Part shown: positions 49,962 to 64,000 of the stretch, piece after piece | Layout of the letters: each line of letters starts with the position of its first letter | Numbering within the stretch: the stretch's first letter is position 1 | From: the human T2T-CHM13v2.0 reference genome, Homo sapiens | NCBI RefSeq assembly: GCF_009914755.1 | Contig: NC_060932.1 | Strand: one strand, 5' to 3' | Length of the DNA stretch: 64,000 nt | Notes under the pieces: model-generated | Databases searched by the model: none | What the model was told of the DNA's origin: nothing | The model's input: the letters and a program-made list of their open reading frames with translations, nothing else | Program-made: the position numbers and the translations under genes

Positions 49962-52900
49962 TCATACATGGCACAGAGATTGTGGAGAGGAAGGACAAAG
50001 GGTTAGAAGTCAGACCCACCCAGGTTCAGATCTTAGTAATGCTGCGACTTACTAGGTAACTTCAGGTAAGTTATTTAACTTCCCTGAACTGAAAGTTTTT
50101 TTATGTATAAAATGTGATTATTTAATATTTTTATTATTAAATACCTTTCTTAATTGTTTAGAACATTAAGCATGATACTGCATTTTAGTAGTTAACATAG
50201 TAAGATCTGTGTTAATAGTGATTGTTATTATATTGCTCTATAAATAGTGTGTAGATAACAGCAAGACAACTCATTCATAACAGGCAGGGAACATTTTTGC
50301 ATTTTGGTTCAATAATATTCATTAAAGCTTACATTGTACCTGTTGCCTTGCCAGGAATTAGAGATAAAAAGATATTTATGACTTAGTTCTACATCAGGAG
50401 TCTAGGACAACGTTGCTAAGCTTGTACAAGAATTTTTTTTTTTCATTTTATAAAACTTAAACATGTATCAGAGCAAAATGCTTATCCAAAATTGTGTACA
50501 CCTAACTATATTCCTTAATAGAATAGATTTGAATTTTCAAGCTTCAAGTTTGTACTTACTATTTTTGCCTTCCTTTCTTTAACTTCCTCCCTAGTTGGTC
50601 TTTACCCTAGAAAGGGAATTTAAGGTAATAGGTTAAAATAAGACATCACCTTTTTAGAAACGGTATTTGTTTAAATTCATATAATTCAAAGAAAACCAAG
50701 CACATATTTATAACAATATGACTACAACAACCCACTTCTATTATATTTAAAGGTTATATCTGTCATTGTAGAATTTAAATCACAAACTTTTCCCATAATA
50801 TTGGTGTAACTCATAAAATGGGTCTACCACTGCCTTGATTAATGTAAAATATTTTCACATTGTAGTGCATATGTTAGAGTAGATAAGTTTAGGGATTAAA
50901 ATAGTGTATTCTCCTGCTCTGTGGTTCATAGCAATTCATTTTACAAATATTTGAGAATACACAAATGCAGTTCATGGTACAAGGTATGAATAATGCCTTA
51001 TACCATTATAGTTAAAGTGGGGATTCACAATTAGCTACAGTGACAAGCATAAAGATAATTGCTATGTAATATGAAATATGCAATTAAAAAGGTTTTTAAT
51101 AGGCAAAATGAGGAAATAGAGAGAAAATAATTTTGTGAAGGGGATATGGTCATTAGGTAAATTTTTGTAGGGGAGATAATATTTGAATAATGAATACAAT
51201 TGAAAAGAGACAAAATTCATTCTAGGTTGAGAGAACAGCACAGGCAAATGCTGGGAGGGACACTTAACAATGCAAAGACCATTTTATTTATTCACTCAAC
51301 AAATATTTGAAAACAAACATGTATCAACTTTCATCTGAGATTGCCTTGTAAATGCACACTTTGAAGTACCCTTCTGTTCCACACGTACAAACACGATAGA
51401 TAAATTTTTAAAGCAAAAATTTAGAAAAGATACAGCTGTACTAAAACAGTAAAGTAAAACAAAACAAACATCTCTGTGGAAAAGACATAAAATAGAAGTG
51501 TTTGGTGGTTGGTGGAGGTGCAGATGTGGGACTAGGTCTGCCCATCCCTGGGCAGAGAGCCCAGCAGCTCAGGCTTGTGAGAGAAATTGCTCCCTTGGAA
51601 GTGATAGGTCAGAGCCAGGCTCACACCTGAAGCCAGGACCTACCTCTCTTCTGAAAGAGAGAGCGAAAAAAAAAGTGGCATATATAAAGCATGGGAGACA
51701 GAAAGAAGCACACACAGCCTTGTGACCAGATAGGAACCAAGCCCCAAAATGGTTTTGTGACAGTGTCTGTGAAATTCTTGATATCCATGTTATGCAAGAT
51801 TTAATCTTCAACGTAAGACATAACTCACGTTATGAGGGAGAGGTTAGGGTAGAAGCCCTACAAAATCAGGTATGGAGGGCTAAACAGAGAAAGAAATCCT
51901 GGAGATAATTTCCAAATACATCAGGGAAGTAAATCTAATATAGAGAAAGCAGTCCACAAAACAGAAACTTTGTATATAAATTTGGCCCATAAAAACTCAT
52001 GTAGTATGATGGATATGCTAATTTATGTATAAAATGTGATTTTATACACCCTGATATGATCACTACATATCATATATATCAAAATATCACTATGTACCTC
52101 ATAAATATGTATCATTATTATGTGTCCACTAAAAACAGAAAAAATTTATAAATAAGAAAAAAAATTTATGTAATAGAACAACCTGATACATATTTCAAAA
52201 TAAATATGTTTAGGATATTTAGGGAGATGAATGAAGGAAAAACCTCCATAATGAGCAAATAATTGAACAAAACCCAGCACAAAGTGAAACAAAAGAGATG
52301 TGGATATAAAAAATAATTTAAAATTCTAGAAATAAATAATATAGTCAGTGAAATTAAAAACTTTATAGATGAGATATACTCTAGATTAGACGTAGGCAAA
52401 AAGGAATTAATAAATTGGAAGAAAGTAATAAATAATTCACCCAGAAGGCAACAGTTAGAGATGAAATATATATGAGAGGGTGTTTAAGGTATTTGGAGAA
52501 TACACTGACAGACTCCTATAGACATCTAACAGCAGTTCCAGAAGGAAAAAAAATACATTGCCCCAAATGCAAAGGAAGAATAGTTAGGCTGAGAGCAAAC
52601 CTCTTCTCAGAAACAGAATATGTCAGAGACACATCAATACAGTCAGCTGAAGGAAAATAACTGCCATTAGGTAGAATTTTATACCTAATTAGATTATTAT
52701 TTAACACTGAGGTTAAAATCAAGACATATCAAGCATACAAAGACTGAGAGGGACTGCAATAATCAGACACTAAACGAACTGCTAAACAGGAAGGGATGGA
52801 ACACGTGCAAACAATAGTGAGCAAAGAATAATAATATACTACTTGTAACATATAATAAATGTTTTATGTATGTGTGTGTTTCAAACAAAAATAGCGATGG

Positions 52901-52989
52901 TCATTGGGTAGCTAGAGCAGGCTAAAAGCTTTGTAATTTGAGAAAAATAGAACTTTGAATAATTTTGGACTATTAAGACAATTTTCCAT

Positions 52990-53348
52990 ACCTGACAGGA
53001 GTATTGGATGCTTATGACTCAAAGCTGAGGTCCTATCAGTAAATTTTCTCCTCATCTAAGGTTATGCTCCCTTCCTAGGGCATATGGGGCAGCCCACATC
53101 CAATAACTGGTTGATGTGGGAATATAAAGGCCTGACATTTTTGCCTCAAAACTGGGCAACTGTAAAGGATCATCTCAACTCCATAATGTCTCATAAGATC
53201 TGTTGAGGCCTCTGTTGCAACTGCCTCTCAGTTCAACTTTTCTCTCTGTCCAATCCTGTTTCCCTTATTCCTTATAGGATTTCCCAGAACCACTCAGTAT
53301 GTAAACCTCTGTGTCACAGTCTGTTTCCAGGGAGTCTGACCTAACACA
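52990..53348 (+). mobile_element. LTR16-type ERVL 5' LTR
   Basis: tataaaggcctg TATA region; ttcaacttttctctctgtccaatcctgtttccctt; ends cagtctgtttccagggagtctgacctaacaca. Confidence 0.7.
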
Positions 53349-54860
53349 ATTGGAAACTGGTCCTAGGAATCCATGTCTAAAATGGGACATTAGAGCTGAG
53401 CCGCCCACCAGCCCGCTGGTAGTTAAGAACTCCATCACTGGTGGTAAATGGAATACTGATAACCTCCGAAATGATGTAGCAGTGAAGTATTAAAAGTTTA
53501 CCAGTGGTGACCTGGGATGGGTTATCAGTGGAAGACAACACATTAGCAAGGATATTATCTTAGGCAGAGGGAGATTTAGGGAAAGTAAGCATATAGACTA
53601 TAAATGGATGGCTTTTGTCATTAGAAAGAAGGAAGCACAATGCTTAGTAGGTCTCTTTGAGTTCTTGAGGAAGCATATTTCACATTGGAGAATGAAGCTG
53701 TTTTCTGCATCTATACTTCATTATAGAAACTGCCTCTGGACCCAGGTTATGGGAACTCAAATAATCCTATGGCCAGAGGTGAGTCATGAGCTGCATTCTA
53801 TTACAACCACCATGTTATAAAGTTGGGAAGTCCCAGTGCAATCCATTAGTAACACGGAAGTGGGATCAGGCAAGATCGGGACAGGAAGCTTCAAGAAAGT
53901 ATCAAAGCAGGGGGCTCAGAACACCGTGTTACCCACCACATACAGGAAGGAAGAAAAATGTCTAGTATGATTTGTGAATGAGTTAACTCACTCTGTGGTT
54001 TTAGGTTGAAAATGGACTATGCAGAAGTGGCCCTGAAAGAAAGTTGTGAGGAAAAATCTTCTCAATGGGAAGAGATTTGGGTGGTACCTCTGGTCATCTA
54101 CTTTAAGTGGAAAGTGAAGAAGAACAAGGAAGAATTACATGAACTCATGGATAGTGATGAATAACTTGATGAGTTGGGTAGGGGCCTAGGGAGAGAAAGA
54201 TTGGAAGATTGAGGAGGTCTAGAGGGGAATGTGGATGAATCCATGGAAGCTGGTATGAGATCTTTACATCACAATTGTATGGAACAGAGACCACCCATAT
54301 AATGGATGGAAGAGAGGCACAAAACAGTCAAGTAGACTGACTCAGGCATTTGAACTCAGCCAGCTGTTGTCATTGGCTACCCCAGTGTCAGAAAAACGGG
54401 CTTGTGAATGGAGTAGCCACAGTGACCAGGGCAGAGTCTGCACACGGGCTGTAAAGAAAGGGTTCCCATTCACCAAGACTGATTAGCCACTGCTGCTGCC
54501 AAATGTCCAGCCTACCAGCAACAGAGATCAAGGCTGAACCCCTGTAACAGTACTGTCCCTTGAGGAGACGAATCTGCCACTTGATGGCAAGTTGACTATA
54601 TGGGACCTTTTCTTTCCTGGAGGGGGCAGCAATTCATTTTGGTCATAATTGACATATATTTTGTATATGGATTTGCCCTTTTTGCCCCTAGAGCCTTAGC
54701 CAGTACAGATTGTCTAGTTCAGTGACACAGAGTACGACAAATATCACCTCAGGTCCATGGATCCACTTTATAGCAAGGGAAGTATGGGTGTGGCACATGG
54801 CTGTGGGTCCAATCAGACTCCCCCCACATCTCCCAGAAGCTGCTGGCCTGGTAGAGCATG
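53349..54860 (+). mobile_element. ERVL internal remnants (ERV3-16A3/HERV16-like): RT and integrase fragments
   Basis: KKEAQCLVGLFEFLRKHI (~53626, RT thumb-like); WQVDYMGPFLSWRGQQFILVIIDIYFVYGFA from 54585 (integrase core-like); stops and frameshifts throughout. Confidence 0.8.
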
Positions 54861-55576
54861 AGCAGTATTACTGAATAGTTTTCCATTTTATGGATATATA
54901 TTGTGAATTATAATATATCAGGATTATTTCCCATAATTTTGGCTATTACAAATAATAAAGCTTCTATGAATTCTCATGTGGAAGTCTTTGTGTGGATGTA
55001 GGTTTGCATTTCTCTGGGGTAGATGTCCACAAGTATAATTGCTGGGTTGCATGGTAGATGAATATTTAACTTCATAAGAAATTGCCAAACTATTTTCCAA
55101 ATATCATGTTGCATTCCTAAGAGCAATGTATGAATGTTCTAGTTGCTTCACTTCCTTGCTGGAAATTGGTATTGCCAGTTAAAAAAAACCTTAGTCATTC
55201 TATTAGATGTATAGTAGTATTTCATTTTGTTTTTATTTTGTACTTCAGTAATGAAGAGTAATGTTGAGTATCATTTTCTGTGCATATTTGCCATCTACTT
55301 CTCTTCTTGGGTGAAGTGTCTAAATCTTTTGATTATTTAATTATTTTGCCTACTGATTGAACAATAAGAGTTCCTCATATATTCTTGATTCAAGTATTTG
55401 ATCAGATACCTGTTTTTCAAGCATTTTATCCCAGTTTGTGGTTTATCTTTTCATTTTCTTAACACTGTGTTTTGAAGACCAGAAGTTTTAAATTTTGATA
55501 AAGTGCAATTTATCAGTTTTTCTTTTATAAAAGCACTTTATAAAAGTAAGTAATTATTACCTAAACTAAGGTAACA

Positions 55577-55880
55577 TTTTGTTTTTTTGAGATAGGGTCT
55601 CTCTTTGTCACCCAGGCTGGAGTGCAGTGGTGCATGGTCATGGCTCATTGCAGCCTCGGCCTCCCAGACTCAAGCAATTGATCCTCCCACCCCAGTCTCC
55701 TGTGTAGCTGATACTGCAGGCATGAACCACTACAACTGGCTAATTTTTAAAAATTTTGTACAGACAGAGTCTCCCTATGTTCTCCAGGCTGCTCTTAAAC
55801 TCCTGGACTCAAGTGATCCTCCTGCCTTGGCCTCCCAGTGTGTTGGGATTGCAAGTGTTAGCCACCACAAACTAGCCCAG
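55577..55880 (-). mobile_element. AluJ
   Basis: Diverged dimer, gagatagggtctc...ctcaagtgatcctcctgcc. Confidence 0.85.
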
Positions 55881-56026
55881 GGGCACAATATTTAAGATTT
55901 TTCTTCCATGTTTTTGTCTAGAAGTTTCATAATTTTCAGGTTATACATTTAGGTCTGAGATCTTTTTCAAGTTAAATATTTTATATGGTTCTAGGGAAGG
56001 TGGGGCTTTATTTATTTATTTATTTA

Positions 56027-56408
<382 letters not shown>

Positions 56409-56595
56409 TCAACTTGACACATTTGTCAAAAAGAGATCACATATATGTAGGTGGCCTAAGACAGCTTTACAAAGAATTAATGGATTTTGCTTTCTAGTAC
56501 AGCTTTAGATTGACAGAATTGAGCAGATAGTACATACAATTCCATACACCTACGCCCTCCCTGCACACAGTTTTCCTTATTATTAACATCTTGCA

Positions 56596-56919
<324 letters not shown>

Positions 56920-59900
56920 CTACAGTAGTATACTCATTACAGTAGATAAACTAATTTTGATACTGATGATTCACTATAGTCAATGGTTTACATTAAGCTT
57001 TATTCTTGTGGTCCACAGTTCTAGGTTCACTGAACTGCATTGCACAATTCAAAATGCATAATGACATGTATCCACCATTGCAGCAGTTTCATACAGAAAA
57101 GTTTCACCACCCTAAAAATCTGTGCTCCAGATATTCATCCACTTCTCCCTTAGGAGAAGCCCACTGATTGCCTAGGATTCAAGGATTCTCCTAGAATCCT
57201 TGGCAACTAGTGATTTTTAGACAAGCTAGAATCCTTGGCAACAAGTGATCTTCTTACTATGTCTATAGTTTTGTTTGTTTCAAAATTTCATATAGCTGGA
57301 ATCATATGGTATGTAGCTTTTTTGGACAGGTTTCATTTACATATCAATATACATTTAAGGTTCACCCATGTCTTTTCATGTCTTGACAGCTTATTTATTT
57401 TTGTCACGGAAAAATATTCCATGGTAAGGATGTATCAGTTTGTTTATCCATTCACCTATTGAAGAACATCTGGAAAAATCCCAGTTTTTAGTGATTATGA
57501 ATAAAGCTGATGTAAATAATCATGTACATGTTTCTGTATAGACATGTTTTTAATTCAATTGGATAATTATTTGCTAGTACAACTGCTATATTGCAAGGTT
57601 TAGCTATATTTAGCTTTGGTAGAAACTATCTTCCAAAGTGGCTGTGCCATTTTGCATTTTCACCAGCAATAAATGAGAGTTCCTTTGGCTCCACATTCTT
57701 GTCAGCATTTGGTATTGTCAGTTCTTTGAATTTTAGCCATTCTTATAGGCGTGCAGTGTTGTTTAAATTTGCAATTTCCTAATGACATATGGTTCTGGGC
57801 ATATTTTCATATATTTATTTACCACCCATATATCTTCTTTGATGAAATATCTGTTCAGATATTTTACCCATCTTTAAAATTGGAGTGTTTGTTTTCTTAT
57901 TGCTAGGCTTTGAAAGTTCTTGTACAGTTTGGATACAAATTCTTTATTGGAAATGTCTTTTGCAAATATTTTCTCCCAATTTGTGGCTTGTCTTCTTATC
58001 TAAGAAAACTTTAAATTTCTATATCTAACTACAAAAAAGTGACTAAGAGAAATTAATGCTTCCAAATCAGTATAGAAAATAAGACAGCATTAGAAAACAG
58101 TATTAATCCAGAGATAGAAGAAAGTAACGAAAAAGAAGTAAACACAAAATGGTGACTGGAAAGTGAAAAACAGAAAATGTAGATATAGCCACATATATCA
58201 ATAACAGTAAGAGTAAACACATTAACTTTCCTATTAAAATGCTTCTAGAATCAAACTGGATCAAAAATGTGTTACTTAGAACAAATAGAAGAGTTGAACA
58301 AAAAATAGAAACTTTTAAAAGATTGTTTATACTTAAAAATAATAATCCAAATTAAATTATTTTAGCAATATTAATATTAGACAAAATAAACTTATGACAT
58401 CCCTGGAATTCATCATCAGAAAAAATATAATAACACAACACATCATACTGATAGTTTAAAGGAGAAGCCATAAAATTATATCAATGGATACATAAGCATA
58501 CATAAGTTGACAAAATTTAACATTTTGAGATAGTTGTATAATGCTGCTTGTAGCAGTTAAAATCAATCAATTAAATGCTAAATGCATTCCACTATGGATA
58601 TATTTTTGAAATGTAATGTTGAAAAATGATACCATTTATATAAAGAACTTACTAAGCAGGATATCATCCTGTTTATTGATATTTAATCTATTGCATCGAA
58701 AAATGTGTAGAAAAATATCCACAGGGAGGAAAGAAACTAAATAGTGATTACTTCTGGGGAGGGGTGAGTTTGCAAAGGGTTTCAGCTCTATCTCTAATAT
58801 ACCTAATTAAAATATAAAGCAATAGCAACATTAAGAAATATTTAATTGAATTTCTACTTTTTGGAAGACATTTTTGAGACATTGAGGATATTGAGATGAG
58901 TGGGTCTTGATTTCTGCCTTCAGAATATTCTCATTTTAGGGTATGGGATGCAATTATATCCAATATAGACAATATAAGGCCCTTATTAATTTTCACCTGA
59001 ATTGTTACAATAGCACTTCTACTAAATGCACCATTAAGTGTTAGTTGTTATTACTATTAAGAGAACTAAGTAACTTACATGGACATTATTACTAATAATT
59101 GCACATGCAGCTTCAACTTACTGCTTGTATTAGGAGAAAAAATGTAAATCTTAAGTCTACTTTCTAGTAAAAGATAATATTTTGTACATTGTACTTTATG
59201 AGACCATCAATTCCTATATAACAGACTATAATAGTCCACCTCCTCTCCAGCTTTTAATCTAGGTAAATGGCCCTAGTATTCAGTACAATAAGATGTAATA
59301 GTGAAATCAGCCTATAATTGGCCTGTTACTGTGAGAGATAATTAAATTGAGAAACACAGTAGAAGGAAGATAGACAAGTGCTAGGAACAGAATCCAGGAA
59401 ACAGACTGAGACAGTGTCAAAGGCCATCTGGCCCTGGGAAAGACCCCCATTTCACAAAACTGGAAGTAAGAAAAAAAGAATATATATATATATATATATA
59501 TTTCTTTTAAAAGAATATTTATATATAAAATACATAAATATGTATGTTACAAATCTTTTCTTTATGTCACTTGTAACAAAATTTTTCTCTTTATTTAGTG
59601 AAGCATTTATTCTTTCTCATGGTTAATTGCCCCAAATTAAATAAAACGTTTCTCAGAAATATCATGAAATACATTTAGAAATTTTTCTATATTATTGAAA
59701 TACTACTAAAAGCCATTTACAGCCCTTAAAATGATGTGCTCCATTTACACTTCAGGTTTTGTAAATGAAACAGAGTCAACAAAATATTTCATAGCTCTGA
59801 ATATATTTAGTAAAATTGGTCCTCTCAAACAACATATACCTATGCCAAACACTGAAATTTATCTTATGTCCAAACTACTCGAAATGAAATACAACGGTGC

Positions 59901-60519
59901 AGGGAAAACCCAGGAAATAGTGTAAATACACGGAGAGTAGAACAACCATTTATGGTAGATTTCAGAACAATTTTCTTGTGTTGCTTCATAATTTAACATA
60001 TATGAACAAAAAATTAGATATGATTTTCTTTTGCAAGATAACTAAGAATTAAAGTGAATTAAAAAGTATGTTTTATTCCATCACCTCTGGAGTTTTCAAA
60101 ATAGGTGTATGTAGAAAAAATCTGAAGCCAAATATCTGTTATTTTTAGTAGTCCTAAGATATGCCTTTTCACCAGAGCAGATATTTCTATGTTTTTTAAC
60201 CATAGAAGACATTTTAGAAAAATTGTGTATGTGTGTGTAATGTATATTAAAAATTGTGTATGTGTGTGTGTAATGTATAATAGCAAAAGCTAGTGATCCA
60301 CAGTTTCTCCTTTAAATAAGCATCAGATATTTGAAGAAGCCTAGATGAAATTCTTGTGTATTTTTCTTTTTAAGATAGAGTGACACAGGTACATAGGACA
60401 GTATAAAAATAAAAATTTTAATTGCCTTAAAATAAAAATTGACAAATAAACATTTTCTATGTTTTTGGAATGCCTTAAGCATATACATGTGGACTTTTGT
60501 GGAAGGTTACAGAATTTAG

Positions 60520-60625
60520 GTTTGTTTGGCTTGCATATTAGAAAGATGAAGGGTTATTATGAGAAGAATATTCTCCATCTCCACAGAGGGCAAAGCGAGA
60601 GGAAATGAGCTTAAATTGTTTTAAA
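60520..60625 (+). mobile_element. L3/CR1 fragment
   Basis: ttctccatctccacagagggcaaagcgagaggaaatgagcttaaattg resembles the L3 3' region. Confidence 0.55.
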
Positions 60626-61009
60626 AGAGGCTGAGTCAACACTGCCAAACTTCAAGAATATTTTGACTGATTTGACCAGTTAACAGGGTTTCAATTAAGT
60701 GATGGATTAGATCGATTCAACAAATAATCTACTAACCAGTTATTTTGGCAAAGAACGTGAATGCAAAGCCTTTAATTAGGAGGAAGCACTCGTTTAATTA
60801 AACATTAGGGCAGGAGTTCAAATAAGATTATAGTCTCTAACCCTAAAGGTCTTTCCAATTTGAGTAGATAGCTAGAGATTGAATAGTTTAATCTGTCAAT
60901 GGATATTTATTTAGCACCCACTTTGCTCCTAACATTGAACATCTTATACAATCCCTCCTATTCAAAACAAGGGACTGTATAAGAGAATCAACTGAAATAA
61001 TTTATAGCC

Positions 61010-61495
61010 TGTTATGGACTGAATTATATCCCCCTACCAAAAGATATATTGAAATCCTAATCCATAGTATCTTTGAATGTGACCTTATTTAGAAATAGTC
61101 TTCACAAATTTAATAAGGTTAAGATGAGGTCATTAAGATAGGCCCTAAGCTGATATGACTGGGTTCTTATAAAAAAGAGACAGCAAGAGAAAGAGAGAGA
61201 GAGGGACAGAGAAGATGTCCACGTGCAGTCAGAGAGGGAGAATGCCATGTGATGTTGTAGATAGAGATTTTTGGAGTGATGCATCTACAAGCCACAGAAC
61301 ATTAAGGATTGCCAGCAACTACTGGAAGCTAAGAGAGAGGCGTGGAACAGATTCTCCTTCAGAACTTCCAGAAGGAACCATCCCTGCTGACACCTGACTT
61401 AGAACTTCTAGCCTCCAGAACTATGAGGCAATACATTTCTGTTTTAAGCCACCCAGTTTGTAATACTGTTACAGCAACCCTAGGAAACTAATACA
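61010..61495 (+). mobile_element. MLT1C/B MaLR solo LTR
   Basis: tgttatggactgaatt...gaatgtgaccttattt...cttctagcctccagaact...ctaggaaactaataca. Confidence 0.88.
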
Positions 61496-61579
61496 CAGTC
61501 TAAAAATTATTTTTCTACATTAAAATACAGTATCATCTTTTATAAGTAATGAATGCTTTTTAAAAACTAATTTCTTTAA

Positions 61580-63085
61580 AAAAACTTTATTGAGGTATAA
61601 TTCACATGCCGTACAATTAAATCTATCTATGGAATGTGTATATGTCAGTAAATTTTAGAATATTCACAGAATTACACAACTATCACTACAATCTAATTTT
61701 GGAACATTTTCAACACCCCAGTTATTCTTCATTTCCCTCTCCTCCAGCCCCTGGCAACCATTTATCTACTCTCTGTCTCTGGATTTACCAATTCTGAAAA
61801 CTTCATATAAAGGAAATCATATATTAATAATGTGTGGTCTTTTCTAACTGACTCCTATCAATGAGCATAATGTTTTCAAGGCTTATCTATGTGGTAGCCT
61901 GTATTAGTACTTCATATTTTATTACCAAATAATATACCATTGTATGGATATACCATATTTCATTGATTCACTAATCAATTAATGGACATTTAGGTTGTTT
62001 CTACTTTATGGTTATTGTGAATAACGCTGTTCTGAACATTTGCACAAGTTTTCGTATGGACATATGTTTTCATTTTTTCTGGTAAACCCATTCATTTTTC
62101 CTGTTATAACCCAAGAGTGGAACTGTTGTGTTGTATGGTAACTCTGTTTAACATTTTGAGGAAGCGTCAAACTCTTTTCCAAAGTGGCCACATCATTTTA
62201 CATCCTCACCCGCAAAGTATGAGGGTTCCAATGTCTCCACAGCTTCACTAATATTTTTTACTATTTGTTTTTAAATTATAATTATTTTAGTGGGTTTTTT
62301 AAAATTTACATTTCTCTGATGACTAACATTGTGGCCATTTGTATGTCGTTGTTTGAGAAATGTCTGTTCAAGTCTTCTGCCAATATTGAAATTAGTTTGT
62401 CTTTTTACTGTTGAGTTGTAAGAGTTTTTGTTTATTTCTTTTTTCTAGAGACCAGGTCTTGCTATGTTGCCCAGGCTGGTCTCGAATTCTTAGGTTCAAG
62501 TAATCCTCTTGCCTCAGCTGCCCAAAGTGCTGGGATTACAGATGTGAGCCACCACACCTGGCCAAGACTTTTTATACATTCTGGATAGGAGTCCAATGTC
62601 AGACATATAATTTGAACATATTGTATTTTCTCTCATTCTGTAGGATATCTTTTTTACTTTTCCTATGATATTCTTTGACACAAAGTTTTTAAATTTGATG
62701 GGGTCCAATTTATATATTTTTTTCTTTTATTACTCATGCTTTTGGTGTTGTGTCTAAGAAACTATTCCCTAATCCAAGGTTACAGTCCACATGCCTGTTT
62801 TCTTCTAGGAGTTGTATAGTTTTAGTTATTACATTTAGCTCTATGATCCATTTTGAGTTTATTTTTATATACAATTGAAGGAGGTGGTCCAGTTTCATTC
62901 TTTGCATGTGGATATTCAGTTGTCTCTGCACCATTTGAAAGAGACTATCCTTCCCCCTATAGAAGTGTTCTGACACCCTCGTCAAATATCAACTGACAAT
63001 AAATGTGAGGGATTATTTATGGATTCTCAATTCCATTCCACTGGTCTATCTGTCTCTCCTCATGGCTGTACCACACAGTCTTGTG
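61580..63085 (-). mobile_element. L1MB 3' region with a FLAM insertion (~62425-62563)
   Basis: aactttattgaggtataattcaca..., ccagcccctggcaacca, ttctttgcatgtggatattcagttg; ORF2-like peptide in ORF 62734-62985. Confidence 0.85.
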
Positions 63086-64000
63086 GGGAGCTGCACAGGG
63101 CGCACATGGTCTTAGCTTGGAAGCTGAAGAAGATTCTGAACGTCCCTACTCACATCTGGGGCTGTTAATAAGTTGCACTCCTGTAGCAGTCACTCCATGA
63201 CCGTCACACTCTGTTTTACAGGTAAGCAAAATGAGATTTAGAAAAGTAAAATGCTAGGCAAGTCATGCATAAATCTTAGATTTGAATCCAGTTCTGAGTC
63301 TAGAGCCTATATTCTGAGTTGTTGTGCTATATTACCTCTATTTCCTTAAGTACATGGGCTTAAAGAAATGGTAACTTATCAACAAATATTTATAGATTAA
63401 ATAGATGGTTCTTTTTGAATAACACCACCATCTTTCCAGTTGTCCAATCCAGTAACCTGGAGTCATCTTCAATTTCCTGCCTTGCCTATTTCCTCTACTT
63501 TTAATTGGTGACCTCTTCCTGTCCATCTTAACTCTTTAACATTTTTATAATTTGTCTCCTCATCTCCAGTGTTGCAGTCTTTGTCAGAACATCTTTCACC
63601 TAAGCCACTTCAATGGCTTTCTAACTGGTGTTCATGCCTCTAACCTTCCCCACGCCCCATTCTCCTCATCAATTTTCTACAGAATAAAATTACAAAATTA
63701 TACCTTAGCATAGAATTCTTGAATATCTTTCTACTTCTCCATTTGGAATTATGTAGTACCGTAAATTAAGCCGAGTTTTTGTGCATACTAATACATTCAT
63801 TAGTAATGTCCTCCTTTCTTTGTCCACTTATTGAACAGCTGCTTATCTTCTAATACTTGCTTTACATTTTGTATCTTCTAGGAATTATTTATAAATTATT
63901 GAATATACCTATGCTCACATTAAACACTTAATTTGACCATAAATAATTTACTTCATATTGTGGTTTTGGTCATTATGAAGGAATCTTTTTCTATTTTCAT

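Noticed and set aside
53608-53820. 70-aa ORF with an RT-like motif
   Set aside because: Only ~20 residues resemble ERVL pol and the frame then drifts; a decayed relic, not a domesticated gene
62734-62985. 83-aa ORF resembling L1 ORF2p C-terminal sequence
   Set aside because: Fragment of an old L1MB with frameshifts; non-functional

Overview
This is primate (very likely human or great ape) non-coding genomic DNA: AT-rich, with more than 25 Alu elements (including AluY) plus L1, L2, MIR, MaLR/ERVL LTRs and hAT/Tigger DNA transposon relics. I found no multi-exon protein-coding gene. There are two retrocopies, both with target-site duplications (TSDs): a full-length RPS26 processed pseudogene with an uninterrupted ORF (minus strand, ~21.1-21.6 kb) and a tailless, 3'-truncated 5S rRNA copy (minus strand, 44563-44652). 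Nearly all other listed ORFs are repeat-derived noise. I did not find a convincing previously undescribed biological system. The best leads are modest: the RPS26 copy with substitutions at functional residues, the near-pristine 5S copy, an MLT2A LTR carrying a perfect DUX4 motif, several locally templated insertion scars inside old L1s, and repeat-free blocks that look regulatory (~5.0-5.6, 15.5-16.7 and 44.7-49.6 kb). Repeat subfamilies were assigned from recalled consensus sequences, and boundaries of old repeats are approximate.
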